This document shows, piece by piece, positions 26,045-39,720 of a stretch of 62,607 nt of DNA. Origin of the DNA: Octopus bimaculoides (Eukaryota); assembly GCF_001194135.2 (NCBI RefSeq), contig NC_068984.1, positions 58,500,114 to 58,562,720 of the forward strand. The letters are read 5' to 3'. Every line of letters starts with the position of its first letter. The first letter of the stretch is position 1. Both the position numbers and the translations under genes were made by a program. The notes under the pieces were generated by a model. It made no database searches. It was not told the origin of the DNA and saw only the letters and a program-made list of their open reading frames with translations.

Positions 26045-27042
26045 GTAAATAGTATTTTTTGTTTTTCTTACACGTAATTTTTCACCCATCATGAAATTGT
26101 TATATTCTTCTTTGGGTGGTTCAACCTGCTGATCATGTTCTTTCAGTCTTATTCAGTCAAGTCAATCTTAAAATTGATAGACTTAGACATAGTTAGGTTT
26201 AAAATTACAGGAAGGTTTACATTGCCCAGTTGCAACAGCATTTATTGTGTCATTATCAGTGACATTATCATTAGTGCAATAGCTATTTCATCTTCCAAAT
26301 TTTCTCTTTTAAGAATGAGTATACTCGCTCAGTGTTTCTATATAAGTAGAATTGCAGAGTGGACATGGTATTGATCTTTATAGGAGTTATTCTGGAAGGC
26401 AAAAAAAGCAGCAGCCATCACATTTTGAGAACCCCTGAGACTACTGTTGTGTGTATGTGTTTGAGTGTCAGTTATGATTTAGAGGTTACTGCAGTAAGAA
26501 GCAACTCAGACTGAAAACCTGGTCCAGATGCTTCCAACAAAGTGGACTCTGCTAAAGACACACCAAAGTTAGGTGGTGATATTTAAAATGAGTGACAGAT
26601 AGGACAACTAGCAAAACAAGTTTCAAGTACAGGTACTTTGTTTTGTATTTAATCCATGCACTTAATTCTTCATTGCTTCAGTTCACCTATTCTTAAAATG
26701 GTTCTCAACCATTTTTTTTGCCTACGGACCCCTTTGGTTCTTATTTTAGTTAGGGTTGGGACTCTCATAGCCATTCAGTGTCTAAAACTCTTATATTTTT
26801 TATGATTAAATATTATTAGGAATTGCATTAAAAATATTTGAATATTTTGTGTATTGTAAAAATATAACTAGTTCATTGCACATAAATTTTACCAACAAAA
26901 TCTTATATGGGTCATATAATTGAGAACCACTGGTTTGGATGATATAGTAATATTTCTCCTGATATGGTACTATCCTATATAGGATGGGATTGATTAAACA
27001 ACAGCAACTTAAAATTATTTGAGTTTTTGAGATGCATTAGAT

Positions 27043-27338
27043 CAGGGGTTTTCAAACTGTGGTCCGTGGACCACAGGGGTTCCGCAAGGACAAGACAGGG
27101 TCCGTGGACAGCAAATACTTTTTATGGGCAATTTGATTTTATATATGTTTTTTAATCGAAATCTTTTAATTGACAATAAACCTATTTTGTTAAATACTGT
27201 TAAATAAATAAATGTAAAAATATATGTTATTTTAAGCAAATATTTATGTATAAATTTCATAAGCGTTTGTAAGGGGGTCCCTAAGGTAAAGCCTGAAATA
27301 TAAAGGGGTCCGCAAGTCAAAAAGTTTGAAAACCCCTG
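27043..27338. mobile_element. hAT-superfamily MITE (296 bp)
   Basis: TIR caggggttttcaaac / gtttgaaaacccctg with a perfect 8-bp TSD cattagat (27035-27042, 27339-27346), diagnostic of hAT. Confidence 0.93.
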
Positions 27339-29207
27339 CATTAGATTATAGTCTATGTATTCTGCTCTAGAATTATGTGTGACGTATTGTTACATTGAAG
27401 GGAAAAGAAGTTAGAGAATATACTAAGTACTGAGAAATGTATTCTCAATTCTGTTCTTCATTTTGTATAGACATTAGTTGGTCTTTTATTATATTTTGAA
27501 TGAAAAAAATCTAACATCAGTTTTCTTTGCTTTTTTTTTTTAAATGAAAATAATAAAAAATTTCTGTACTATATATGCAAAAGTCTTACAACAGATATTT
27601 GTTTTCTCAATAGTAAAATGACCTGCAATAAATTCAATATAGTGTGAACTCTACAAAGTTTGGAAGATTACTGATTTATACTTGTTTAGCTTATTTGCCA
27701 AGTTATTCACCCTGCCAGTCTTTTTACAAAACTTTGAGTCAGTGAAGAACCTTTAGGCAATCATTGACCTGTTAAAAATATTGTAGCCTGCCTGATAATG
27801 AGCCATGTCTCATGCAGCCCACTACTCAAAAAAAGTTGACCATGCCTGCTTTATAGTATAAAAAGGACCCTCTTTGGTTATGAACGACCATGAGATTGCA
27901 CCTAGAAAGTTACTCTCTGAGGCACAAGTCAGGGCAAGGTTGTTTATGGAATACCAGCTTCCCCTCTCCACACCACTGATGTTATCTAAGGGAAAGTTAA
28001 AGGTTGATACAGCTTGGCATCAGTGACATCACAACTCATTTCTACAGCAGAGTGAACTGGAGTAATGTGAAATAAAGTGTCGTGCTCAAGAACAAACACA
28101 CAGCCCAGTTCGGGAATTGAACTCATTACCTCATGACTGTGAGCCCGACACTCTAACCACTTAGAGTGATGTATATACTATAATATATATTACTACATAA
28201 TACAATGAAAGTGAATATAACAGAATATTTGTGTTTTAGAAGGTTATCATGACTTTCTACATTATTGTTTCAACACACATTCTCAGGTCATACCACTTGA
28301 CTAATAAGCACAATTCCAAAACTTGATTTAATTGTCTAAATATTGTATAGCACTTTTTTGAAATTAACCATTGTAACATTGTATTTCATGGTGGAGAAAA
28401 TTGGTAAAAGAATTTAAGCACAATGGAGTCAACCTAGTTACTTTATGCTTACAAGAAATGAGTGTATGCATGGAACAAACTATCAACACAATGTTTATTT
28501 CATCATAAGTCCTGTAACCCACTGGATTTGTTTGGATGTCAATTAGGATGTCTACTGAAGAGCTAGTCAACCTAGTGGAGTTCATCCCTTTATCTCTTTA
28601 CAAGCTAACCAAGTAATGACTCATTATTTATACACTACTTCCTCAATTTATATAGTAGAGAGCATTCATGGTTTCTATTTACAGAGTGCATAGCTCTGGT
28701 ACTATAGATGCATGATTAAGGAAGAATCATCATAACATGGATTCTTCAAGCTGAGCCAACAAACAGAAGAGCTAGGGGTAAATCAAGAATGAGATGGTTA
28801 GATAATATCCATAGTCTCAGTTGGTCATGCTTGGAATCCATTAGGAAAGTCTAATGACAGTTACTTTTGGTGGGACCCTATGGAGGATGTACCTGATGAT
28901 ACTACCCCCATGACTCTTCTAAGAATAGTGGGCAAGGAAGATAGATCGATGGATGGATGAACTGAACTAGTGAGAGCTACTTATGGACCATAGACAAATC
29001 AAAGCTAGTGATGCAATGTTAAAAGGCAATTACTGACAGTTGTTTGGCACCCTACTAATTCCTCAGCTGAAATCCTCTTCAACTACCCTTGGTACAACAT
29101 CTGTAATATGTGATATTAAATCATTACAATATCAAAAGCTTTAAAAATTAAAACTTATTTCTTGGTAAACTATTTCAAAAATAAAACTTTATTCTTCTCA
29201 TTATCAG

Positions 29208-29328
29208 GGAAGAAGGTGTGTTTCTTGAAGCATGTGTTGATCACAGTTATGAACCAGCCAATGGATTTCGGGAAGAATTTGAAGCTGCACTGAGCCTTAT
29301 TAAATTCTCAAAACTTGAATTTTGTTAA
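29208..29328 (+). CDS. THAP-domain gene exon 3 (EEGVFLEACVDHSYEPANGFREEFEAALSLIKFSKLEFC*)
   Basis: ttatcag acceptor in matching phase 2; encodes DHSY, matching the (D/E)HxY HCF-1-binding motif typical of THAP proteins; TAA stop; AATAAA near 29443. Confidence 0.78.
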
Positions 29329-32300
29329 ATTTTTCTAAGAAACAAATCTTTCACACTTAGTCATGTAACTCAATTGCTGAATTCTCATTGGCCAAATTTC
29401 CACTACATCAAAACTTCAAAGATCTCAAAACTAAATTTGTTGTAATAAAATGTTTTCTATATTCATGTATGATCATTATATTATTTCAATGATTTTACAT
29501 TTATTTACCATAAAACAGAAAAAAAACCTGCAACTGTCTGTTCCCTTTTTTATTGTTTAACATTTATTAAATATCTTTAACCGATCCAAACAAAATCACC
29601 TGTAAATCCTAAAGTCCTGTTGTACTTTCTCTACATAAATCTCCCAGCCCCTGCAAGAAACTAGTGATTTTAATGAAATGTAGTCTGTCCAGTACAAAAA
29701 TCATAAAAACTTAACAAATGCTTTTGATGAAATTTACTGATATGATGTAATAGTCGTTGGTATATACTATGAATGTTGTTTTTACCTATTGCTGTTGTAT
29801 CACTTTCACCTGCCCAACTAGGTGTTTCATATTTACAAGAAATTGATTACTGGGCATCAATTTCTAGTCTTGGAGTTGATTTTGAGTTCCAATAGTCTCT
29901 GAAACTTAAAAATTGCACAACTAGCATCGAAAAAATATTTTTCGATGCTAGTTGTGCTAAACTTTCTCTCATACAGAAGAGTACTTAGTTCATGTTTTCT
30001 GGCCCCAAACAATGCTATTTGAAATGCAGTCATGTGCAGTTCAGAGTTCAGTAAAGTGTGTATATAAGGTGAAGATGAGTGATAATGTCATTGTTGAATC
30101 AAATATTTAATTGGTTATTAATACAGTGAATTCTTATTTAATAAAGTGACTGTTTATATAGGCAAAAATCTTCAGGTTCACACCACAAAAAGAAATGAGA
30201 AGTTATGACATAAATTCTTGCTTCAAAGACTATTAATATAGAAAATAAAATGAAACTGACATAGTTTCAACCAAGTATCACAACCAGCTCACAAGCTTAG
30301 TTTGCTGTTTGTTTATCTCCACAGCTTTTGACATTTATTAAAACAGCATTAAAAAACTTTCACTTTTTGGATTTAAATTTACGTATGACCTTTAAAAATT
30401 TTGAAAGTCTTCACAAGATGTATATTTTGAAAACCTTGCTATATATATATATATATATATATATAAGTTCTGAAGTAAAAGGGTATAAAAAAAATCATGA
30501 CATTTCAATAAAAGAAAGAATTTGAAGGGAAATCTTTCAAAAAGAATTACTATATAATGAAATAGTTTGTAGATAAATGTATGGAATTCAAAGTCAACTA
30601 CATCCTACAAGAACCACCATATATTTAAATTGCAGTTTATTTACCAAATCTTTTAGCAAAATGAAGGAAATTTATATTGATTTCAAGATTTTCCTAAATA
30701 AATAAATAAAAATTTATTTCTGTAGGAAGGAAATTAATCAAACCTTTTTTGAAGTTTCTTTCTACAAAAATATTTCTGGACGCAAACAATAAGAGCCAAA
30801 AAAACGATAGTTTGTAAACATCAATAATGGTATCTTAACACATGGGCAATTATAGCCTCAGATTTATAAGAGAAAGTTAATTCTGAAGATTATGATTTCC
30901 CCCAGACCATTACTAATATAAAAAAACAACTGGAAGTTGAAAATGAGATATAAACTTGTTTTTCCAGGAATTTAATACATCAAAGGTACCTACTATATTA
31001 ATATTTAATGAGAACAACCTGTATATCAAAAATAACGAAAGGAATGAGAACAGCTAAATAGCATTCTGTTACTGTAAGGGAATGATGGCATAATGATAAT
31101 GTGTGAATTTTCACACATCATTGAAAATACATAACGACTTTAACCACATAAATAATAAACTGATATGGTCATGACATCAATATGGCAATTAGAAAAATAT
31201 AACAATAATGGATTTCCAACATTAGTACATAACCACAATTGTTGGGTAGACTACAGTTGACAATATTGTACTCCAGTTCTTGACTGGTAATTCAGGTAAT
31301 GGTGCTTATTTTATCAACCCCAGATAGATGAAAGGGAAAACCAGCCTGTAAAGGGATATGACTAAAAACAGCAGCACTTGACTGATTCTTAATAATTCTT
31401 TTCTAATTTTGGCACAAGGCCTGCAGTTTTGAAGAGGAGAGACAAGTCGATTACATCAACCCCAGTACTTCATTGGTACTTCTTTTATTGACTTCAAAAG
31501 GATGATTCTGCTAGCTTGCTCCCTCAGCAACCACAACAATAATAATAAAATTTATAATGCTTACTTTTTGATTAGAGTGAGGTGCAAATTAATAAATGAA
31601 AAAAAATTAAATTCAAAACTCCTCCAAAGTAATTTGACATGTCAGTAAGGTTTTGCATTTTTATTTCTCTTAAATTTTTAGGGTGGCCTACAAGAAATAT
31701 TTTAGTGCACTTGTGTGCATGACTTTGGTTGTAAGGCTGTGATTAGATCTATGCATGCACCATACATAGATGTACACAGACATATCTGCAAATAATATAT
31801 GTACACATATGCATATGTACATATATATATATACATATATTTAAAGATCATAACTAAAAAGTTTGAGTTAGACTAGTGTACAAGTTTTGTATCACACATA
31901 CTGAGAAAATGGGGAGCATGTAATGGCTTGTAGCATCTTGTTTCCAAGTAAGGTACTGGTTTTTAGAATGACAAACAGCTCAGTTTTTGCAGCAGATTAA
32001 ACAAAGCTGCAATCTATGTGACAGAGTTATTACTTAAGCAGAATAGAGACAATTAGATGTGTTTTTGAGGCAGATATATTAGCCAGAGGTAGCAACACTA
32101 ATTCAATATGCAAATGTGAATTTACAAATGAGAGTTATGCTTCTCTGGAGATTTGACAATGCAATCCGGTTATATAATTTACATTATATAACTCATAATA
32201 ATTTTTTATTAATGAAATATGTGTAAGATGATGTAACTAAATATTTTACAAACAAACTCTCCTGTTTTTTGCTTTGTTTTGTATATCTACTCTGGGAACA

Positions 32301-32796
32301 CTCAACTGGATTGTAACCAAATGATACATGGACTGTAACATGAGTCTACCTCATGGTTTTCCTTCAGTTATACAGGAACACACATGGAATTCTAAACAGT
32401 GGTTATTTATGATGTAATTTAAATTGCACTATATAAGTATGTGAGTGAATTGGGTGCAAGCTAGTACATTCAAACAGAAATACTGTTATTAATGTGCAGC
32501 TAAGTTATCTCCCCATACATCAACATCCATTTTTGCATATTTATATCTTAGAAGAAAAAATGAAATAAGAGCCCAAAAAAGTACTGGGAGTTGATATTAT
32601 CTAAAACTTTTTAAGGCTGTGCCTCAATATGGCCACTGTTTCTGAAATCATTAAAAATAAAAATAAAAGAATATATACACAGATGAATTTTGTGAAAAAT
32701 ATTTTTGTCAATTTCATTGCTAGAGCTGTGAAAGAAATGGGAAGAATTGTCTATCCTCCAAAGCTTGTTTTTTAACCAAGAAAGTTTTGCTGATTC

Positions 32797-32889
32797 TTAA
32801 CACATTGGACAGCAAATGCCTGGAACTGTTTTAGGATTGCTGCAAGTTGCTCGTGGACATATTTCTTTCTCACATTCCACTTGGCCATT
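32797..32889 (-). CDS. PXDN: PXDN last coding exon, VWC C-half (NGQVECEKEICPRATCSNPKTVPGICCPMC*)
   Basis: tttacag acceptor, 93 nt ending in TAA; G.V.C....C...C......G.CCP.C motif. Confidence 0.94.
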   Translation of the reverse strand, partial: NGQVECEKEICPRATCSNPKTVPGICCPMC

Positions 32890-33712
32890 CTGTAAATAGA
32901 TTTCAAAAATAATTACACAAGTGGAATAGAATTGATACCAAACACCAAAATACTTATTTTTATTGATGTAAACTACAAGATTGAATTCAAATTGGTGATC
33001 TTTTACATGGTTTCAGTCATATGGCCATGCTGGAACAATGCTTTTAATGGTATGGCTGATTGTAATATCATCTACTACTTTGATATACTGGTATTACATT
33101 TAAAATTCAGGTCTAGCCATCAAATCCTAATGTCTTAGACTTTAAAAGTTTAGTTTTTTTTAGATATTTTATATTTTTATCGGTTTCAAATTTTTTGTCA
33201 CAAGGCCAGCAGGTGTGGAAGAGGGGCTAAGTTGATTAAATCAATTCCAGTGTTCAACTGGTGCTTATTTTATTAACCATTAAAGGAGGAAAGACAAAGT
33301 TGACCTCAGTGGAATTTGAACTGAGAATATAAAGACAGACAAAATGCCACTAAGAATTTTGTCCAGCATGCTAATGATTTTGCCAGTTTGCTGCTTTATT
33401 TCATACTTTATATTTTTTATTGTAAAGTATTAATGTATTACTGTAGAAATTATATGACTTATTAAATATGGTCTCGGTCAAACAACTTCATAGTTGGGCA
33501 TTCAGTACGCTTTTTACACAAAGTTCAGTTCATCTGTCTGTCATAAATAGTAGTAAGATTATCTAAGAAAGTTAACTGAGATAGATGGCATCTTATCCAA
33601 ATTATGTATTGTTTACATAATACAATGAGACTGGAACTAAATATTGGCTTCTAAAAGACTCTTGAGGCTTAGATATTTATATCTTCTACATTATATTTTG
33701 GGTCACTGAAGG

Positions 33713-33751
<39 letters not shown>

Positions 33752-34208
33752 AGTGTTTCTTTTTGTATTGCCTAAAGGCCTCTGGGAGAATTTTAGTTCA
33801 GTATGCAAATTGATGGACCTCTTGTTAATAATTTTCATATCATATTGTTTGATATTCAGTTACATCATGGCGTGTGTGATGTAATGAGAGCAAACAGATA
33901 GCTGTAGCAAGCTACAGTAAAACTAGAGGACATTAAAAAGCATATAATATTGTTGGTTGCTCTGCTTATGCAGACTCCCATGAGTCAATCTTATTATTAT
34001 GAATTAGCAAGAAATTAAAGGAATATAAATTAAATTCTGTATTAAAGAATAGAAAGCAATAGTTACAAAAGAAGGTGAATTTGTGACTCTAGTCAGTATA
34101 TATAAGCCATTGTGTGTGCTGACTGAAATTATGTGATTATGTGACATACCTATCAGTGTGGTATGCATTTAGACCTCACCAAATAAATCTATTTAAAATA
34201 TTGCTTAC

Positions 34209-34325
34209 CTTGCATTTACACACTTGGCAATCATTCACTTTCCATTCTTCAGAGTTAGAATATCTTTTGCCATCAGATCCTACACATGTTGAAAGACTTG
34301 ATTGTTGCTTTTGCAGTCCAAATAC
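34209..34325 (-). CDS. PXDN: PXDN exon, VWC N-half (VFGLQKQQSSLSTCVGSDGKRYSNSEEWKVNDCQVCKCK)
   Basis: Read by hand; poly-T tacag acceptor, |gtaagc donor, 117 nt; C..G..Y...E.W...C..C.C VWC motif. Confidence 0.93.
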
Positions 34326-35983
34326 CTGTAAAAAAAAAAAATTCTGTTATGTAATATATTATTTCCCAGAAGTAAGTGGAAAGGTATGATACAATAGTAT
34401 ATATCAAAAATATGAATAAAGAGAAAGCAGTGTATACATATTCAAAATATAATAAATTTTGTTTCCAAAATAAAACAATTCACTATCTAGGGACTGATAA
34501 GAAAGTATGACTACTATATTGTTGTTATTTAGTCTCAATAAATTCATTCCATGACATTAGAGGTAAATACTGGCCTATAAGACTCCTAGCAAACAGCTTT
34601 GAGTCTCTTGGCAAATTTGAAAATGAAAATATATATCTGTCTTAGGATGACTAATAATAACTATATAGTAATCACATTTTCTGGTTAGTGCTTAGATACT
34701 GAATAATTTCATGAATCATTATTCAGTCCTAAATGAGTAGGCTTATGAGTAGGCTTCAGTCCTAAATGAGTAGGCACACTCTTTTATTTGGAGAACTGGC
34801 CAATTCAATAATTATATATTTTTAAAAAATGAGGTGAAACAGAAAATATCCTCAAAGGGGAACAACTCTCTAGCACACATTTACGACTAAGAAAAAGAAA
34901 AAAAAGATTAAAAAAACGAACGGTTTCTCATTGTCGGTCAACCTGCTAGAAATGACAGCCACTTCGCCCTCAAATCCCTACTTAATCTCTTAACAAGACA
35001 CATTCGATAATATAGTCCAAGACAGACTATGCCAAGTAAAAAAATAAAAGACCAGATGGGAAAAATTAGAAAACTTCTAATCATAGGTCTACTCGGTGTG
35101 CTGATTTTAGACTAAACAACAAATGACAAATACACAAAATTCCTACCAAACACAAATGAATAAAATATGTGAAAAGTTTTTTGTTTTAGTTAAGCTGCAA
35201 AAATAAAAGTTATCGCAATATTTAGTTTACATTAAATATATTTTCAATAAGTCTATAGAATAAGTGGATGGGTATTCTTGCTGATGTCAAATGAAACAAT
35301 AAATATACAAAAACTGTTAAGCCATAAGTAAAAGATTAAGTTAGACCTGAGTTCAAGTTCTATATCAAATATGCTGATAAAGAAATGAGTATGTTATCAA
35401 TTGTATGCAGAAAGCTGATGTTAATGTATGTAAATAGAAAATGTATGCAAAATATCAGTGATTAAATAGGGGTGGTGTAGTATTGTATGGTATTAAGTTG
35501 AGGCTTTTTGCGTTTCTGAATTTAAACCCTACCAAAGTTAACTTTGTCTTTCATCCTTCTGGGGTTGATAAATAAGTACTAACGAAGTTCTAGGTCTGAT
35601 TTAATCTACTATATTCAGTCTTCAGTTTGATGCCTTATCCCCATGTCAGAAATCAATGTTAGGGTTGAGATAATTAAAGAATAAAAGGATCTATTTTTGT
35701 GTGTATTAAGACAGTACATGTAATAACATGTGCTTCAATTCCCAAGCGATTGATAACAAATATTAATAGTGTTATGTATGATGATATTATGCCCAGGGTA
35801 GATTTACCCTACTTTAATTCATTCCATGAAATTAGAGTTAAATACTAGCCTTTAAGAGCAGTAGGAGATTTTAAAATGATTTACATAGTCAACAGTTAGT
35901 GGATACACATAAAAAGGTAGTTTGTAGCAACTATAGTTGTGGTGAATAAATATTTCAACAACTAATAATAATTTGGTACATAC

Positions 35984-36252
35984 TTGTTTCCTGAGTTTAC
36001 GAACCATTCTGTCAAGATTCTTAATAGTTTTTTCCATGCCTTCTACTCGAGTGTCAAGGTGTGAAGATTTCTGATTACTTTTATAGAAATAACTAGTATT
36101 AGCTGGGCTCACTGGTTGATCACTTAAAAACTGTGAGTCTCTTGGCAAATTTGACGATGTAAATAGTTGTCTGTCTTCTGGGTAACTGTGGAATGATCGA
36201 CGGCTACTATAAAAACTGGTGATCGATTGGAATTCACCCGATTTTTGACAAT
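35984..36252 (-). CDS. PXDN: PXDN exon, linker and predicted coiled coil (DCQKSGEF...LDTRVEGMEKTIKNLDRMVRKLRKQ)
   Basis: tttcag acceptor, |gtatgt donor, 269 nt phase 1-0; the RVEGME..I..L heptad resembles the peroxidasin pre-VWC helix. Confidence 0.88.
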
Positions 36253-37898
36253 CTGAAATACAATAAAAATCATTACTCATTCTTCATGAAGAATTAAAAT
36301 GTAAATTATCGTCAGTAGAGAACAAATTGGTGCTGATACACCTAAAGTAGCAAGTTATCTGGTTAGTTATGAAATGAGTAAATCTTTATGGAAATGAATC
36401 ACTACAATGCCACATGCTGTAAAATATTGGTTGCTGTGTAAACATCACTGTATCACAATATCAACCAGACTGTTGGATATTGTTATACACCACTGATCAC
36501 AATGTGCTTCCTCACATTGTTGTAGCTTTCAAATGATGCTACCCTGCTACCTAAGCAGGCAGACCAACAATCCCCCTGAAAGGGATGCAAGTTTGTCACA
36601 GGGTTACCCATTTACTATTGGGTGAACTGGAACAATGTGAAATGAAGTGGTTTGTACAAGAACACAATGCACCACTAGTCTGGAAATTGATCTTGCAATT
36701 GTGAATGCAATACCCTAACCACAAGGCCACACATCATAATGTAAACATTATGTAGGACAATAGTAAGAGCTGTAATTTTACAAACCACACATTGGAAGAC
36801 ATTAGAGCTGAGATCTTGTAAAATATTTTAGCATTACATGATTACAATCAAAAGTGTCCTAACATAAAAAATACAAAATAGCTAAAGAATTGTACAATTC
36901 AACATTTGAGTATTTATTAATAGCATGAATTCAGCTTTTGATTTGCCTTTCCAAGTCACAAATTCAATGGAATTCTTTAATGATAATAAAAACTTAGGTG
37001 GGATTATCTTATCATAATGTCCAACCCATGTCAGCATGGTAGACAGCCTTTAGCTGATGATGATGGTGACAATGACGATGATGTGCAACCAGAATTTTGA
37101 AAGAAGTTTCTATGAAACTAGTTTTTAAATGTCAAATGGCTATGGGGGTCCATCAAAATAAAATAGTAATCAAAAAATGGTTGAGAACCATCGTTCTAAA
37201 TGCATTATTTATAATATTCTACTTTTCATAACGTTTGCTTTAAGTGATCTTCATCTATGGAACAAAATTGAAAACATAATCAAAATTTTGAACCTAATGA
37301 AACAAGTTTGAGTGTTATGTTTTAAGCAGTCTTAACTATGGAACAAAACTGATGACACGATCAAAACCTTTTGCATAAAGAAGTGGTATTAAGAAAATCC
37401 ATAAACTTACACATCAAAACAGAAACAGGAAACATAATAAAATGTGGAACTTCCACAAGTTGGCAAATCATATATAGTTGTATGTGATTATATTCAGTGT
37501 AAAAATGTCATATATATAGTTCTGTTGTTATGTTCATAAAAATATTTCAAAGTAACTGGTGGAGTGAGTCAGTGGACTAGCTACAACTCCTGGTCACAGC
37601 TAGCTCTTTTATGTTGCTAATACATGTTTCCCTTCACCCAATGAAATCAAAGGGGCTAACTACCTATTGGTATATGTCTCTGTTCATGACAGTTAGATAA
37701 TTGACTGTATTTATCACAATAATACCTGAGGTGAAATGAATATATACCCCATGATATAAACATACATCATAGTCATATTAAAAGATAATATGATTGTGAT
37801 GTATGTTTATGTCATAAGTTTATATCAAGTGATTATATTGAATATAACACATGGAGATCATTAGGGGGCATTACTAAATGATATCTTATGGCAAATGA

Positions 37899-38111
37899 AG
37901 GCAACAAGCTGGTAGAATCATTATTATGCTGGGTAAAATGCTTAGTGGCATTTCATTTGCCTGCACGTTCTGAGTTCAAGTTCCACCAAGGTCAACTTTG
38001 CTTTTCATCCTTTCAAGGTTGATAAAATAAGTACTAATTGAGTACTGGGATTAATGTAATTGACTCACCCCTTCCCCAAAATAACTGGCCTTGTGCCAAA
38101 GTTTGAAACCA
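37899..38111 (+). mobile_element. Family-A SINE with 18-bp TSD
   Basis: atatcttatggcaaatga at 37881-37898 and 38112-38129. Confidence 0.88.
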
Positions 38112-38822
38112 ATATCTTATGGCAAATGATGAGTTTTAATTCCAACCGTTCAATAATTTAAAAGATGATTCTGATCAAGTTTGCATTAAACCACTCCAAC
38201 AATAACAATAAAAATATAAAAGCAAAATAGGGAATTTAGCGTTAGCATAATAAAGTTGGCAGAATTTTGGTTTAAGCACTTCATATAACCCCTCATAACT
38301 TTTTAGATTTTAGAATTTTCAGAAAGTTTTTGTGAATTTGTGTTCTACACAATGGAATTCATATGATTATAGGGGGGGGGGGGTTACCTCCACTCTCACC
38401 CACATAAATCCTAAAAGTTCCACTCTTTTTTTAATATTTTTAAAAAATCACTTTAAAACATGGATACTCCAAATTTTTTGCTTAAATCCAAGCAATGAAC
38501 CACCCTTGGGTGTATCATCATTCCATTAAATGTGTTTATGGGGAGAAAAATACTGGAAAACATTAATACATGTCAGAGTGACAAAGAAATGCAGAAGGTA
38601 TCAGATGATTGTGAGATGTGCTAAAAATAACAACTAAATCACCCTTAAATCACACACAAATTTTTTTTTTCTTTTTTTCATAATTGTATGAATTCTTGTT
38701 TGTAGAAAATAAATTTCAAAAATTTTCTGAAAATTCCAAAAAATAAAAAAAGTTATGAGGATTTATACAGGGTGCTTAAACCAGAATTCTGCCATAAAGT
38801 TAATACAATTATTTTTTTTTAC

Positions 38823-39031
38823 CAAAGCAACAATCTGACCACATCTTGATGTCAATTTTGGGAATTTTTTCACATGGCAAATATTCTGTTCTGTTCCTGA
38901 CCATTTGGAAAACGTTTTTCTGAACCTGGTTAATATTGTCACTGTTGTCACATATGACACGAGCAAGAGATACTTGTCTCAGCTGGGTTAGTTGGTCAGC
39001 AGTAAACACACCAGGGTTTTCATACCAAAAT
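38823..39031 (-). CDS. PXDN: PXDN exon (FWYENPGVFT...SLARVICDNSD...WSDCCF)
   Basis: DRFWYEN and LARxxCDN motifs; 209 nt, phase 2-1. Confidence 0.96.
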
Positions 39032-39216
39032 CTGGAAACCACAAGATAAATATTGAAAGATCTGTCACACAAGGTTTAATGAATCAAGTTTAATCAAGCT
39101 GAAGTTAAGTTTGTACAAGGCAGCAGAAATATTGTCAGAGGATGCAAAGTATCATTACAGTATTGGATAGAATACCTCAAGTATTTGTTTTAGTTCTTTA
39201 GCACTCTGAATTCAAA

Positions 39217-39267
<51 letters not shown>

Positions 39268-39339
39268 GTGCGTGCGTGTGTGTGTGTAAGTATATATATG
39301 TACACACACACACACATATATATATATATGTCATGTTTG

Positions 39340-39720
39340 TCAATACTACCCCTGGAAGCAAATTAGTGCACCATTTTAGAAACACCCCAGGTAAAATGAA
39401 TCTATGGATTAAAGTTATGGAAAGGTCAGGTATCCCCATAAAATCCCTGTTCTGTAGAACATACCCATTTGAAGGAAACCTCTGTACTGACAGGAACTGT
39501 ATAATGTGTAAGGCAACCTCATAGATAAACTGCAAAATCAGGAATGCAGTCTATAGTATAAGATCTACAGAGGGATGGTGCAGAAACAGCACTATGATAT
39601 ACATAGGAAAAACAGCCGATAGCATAGGTGAGAAGATAAGTGAACATCGTCCAGAACTCAGAACTTGTCAGTGTTATACCGTGTTAAAATAGAGCATGAA
39701 GGCTCAGTAGATAACATCTC
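39340..39720 (+). mobile_element. Penelope-like element fragment (Cys motif plus GIY-YIG endonuclease)
   Basis: One frame reads VMERSGIPIKSLF...CTDRNCIMCK..*INCKIRNAVYSIRS...IYIGKTADSIGEKISEH, matching NxVY...YIGxT...R..EH. Confidence 0.8.

Noticed and set aside
26482-26555. Possible alternative last THAP exon (GYCSKKQLRL...GLC*)
   Set aside because: The acceptor is in phase but has a weak pyrimidine tract and no motif; the 29208 exon with DHSY is far better supported.
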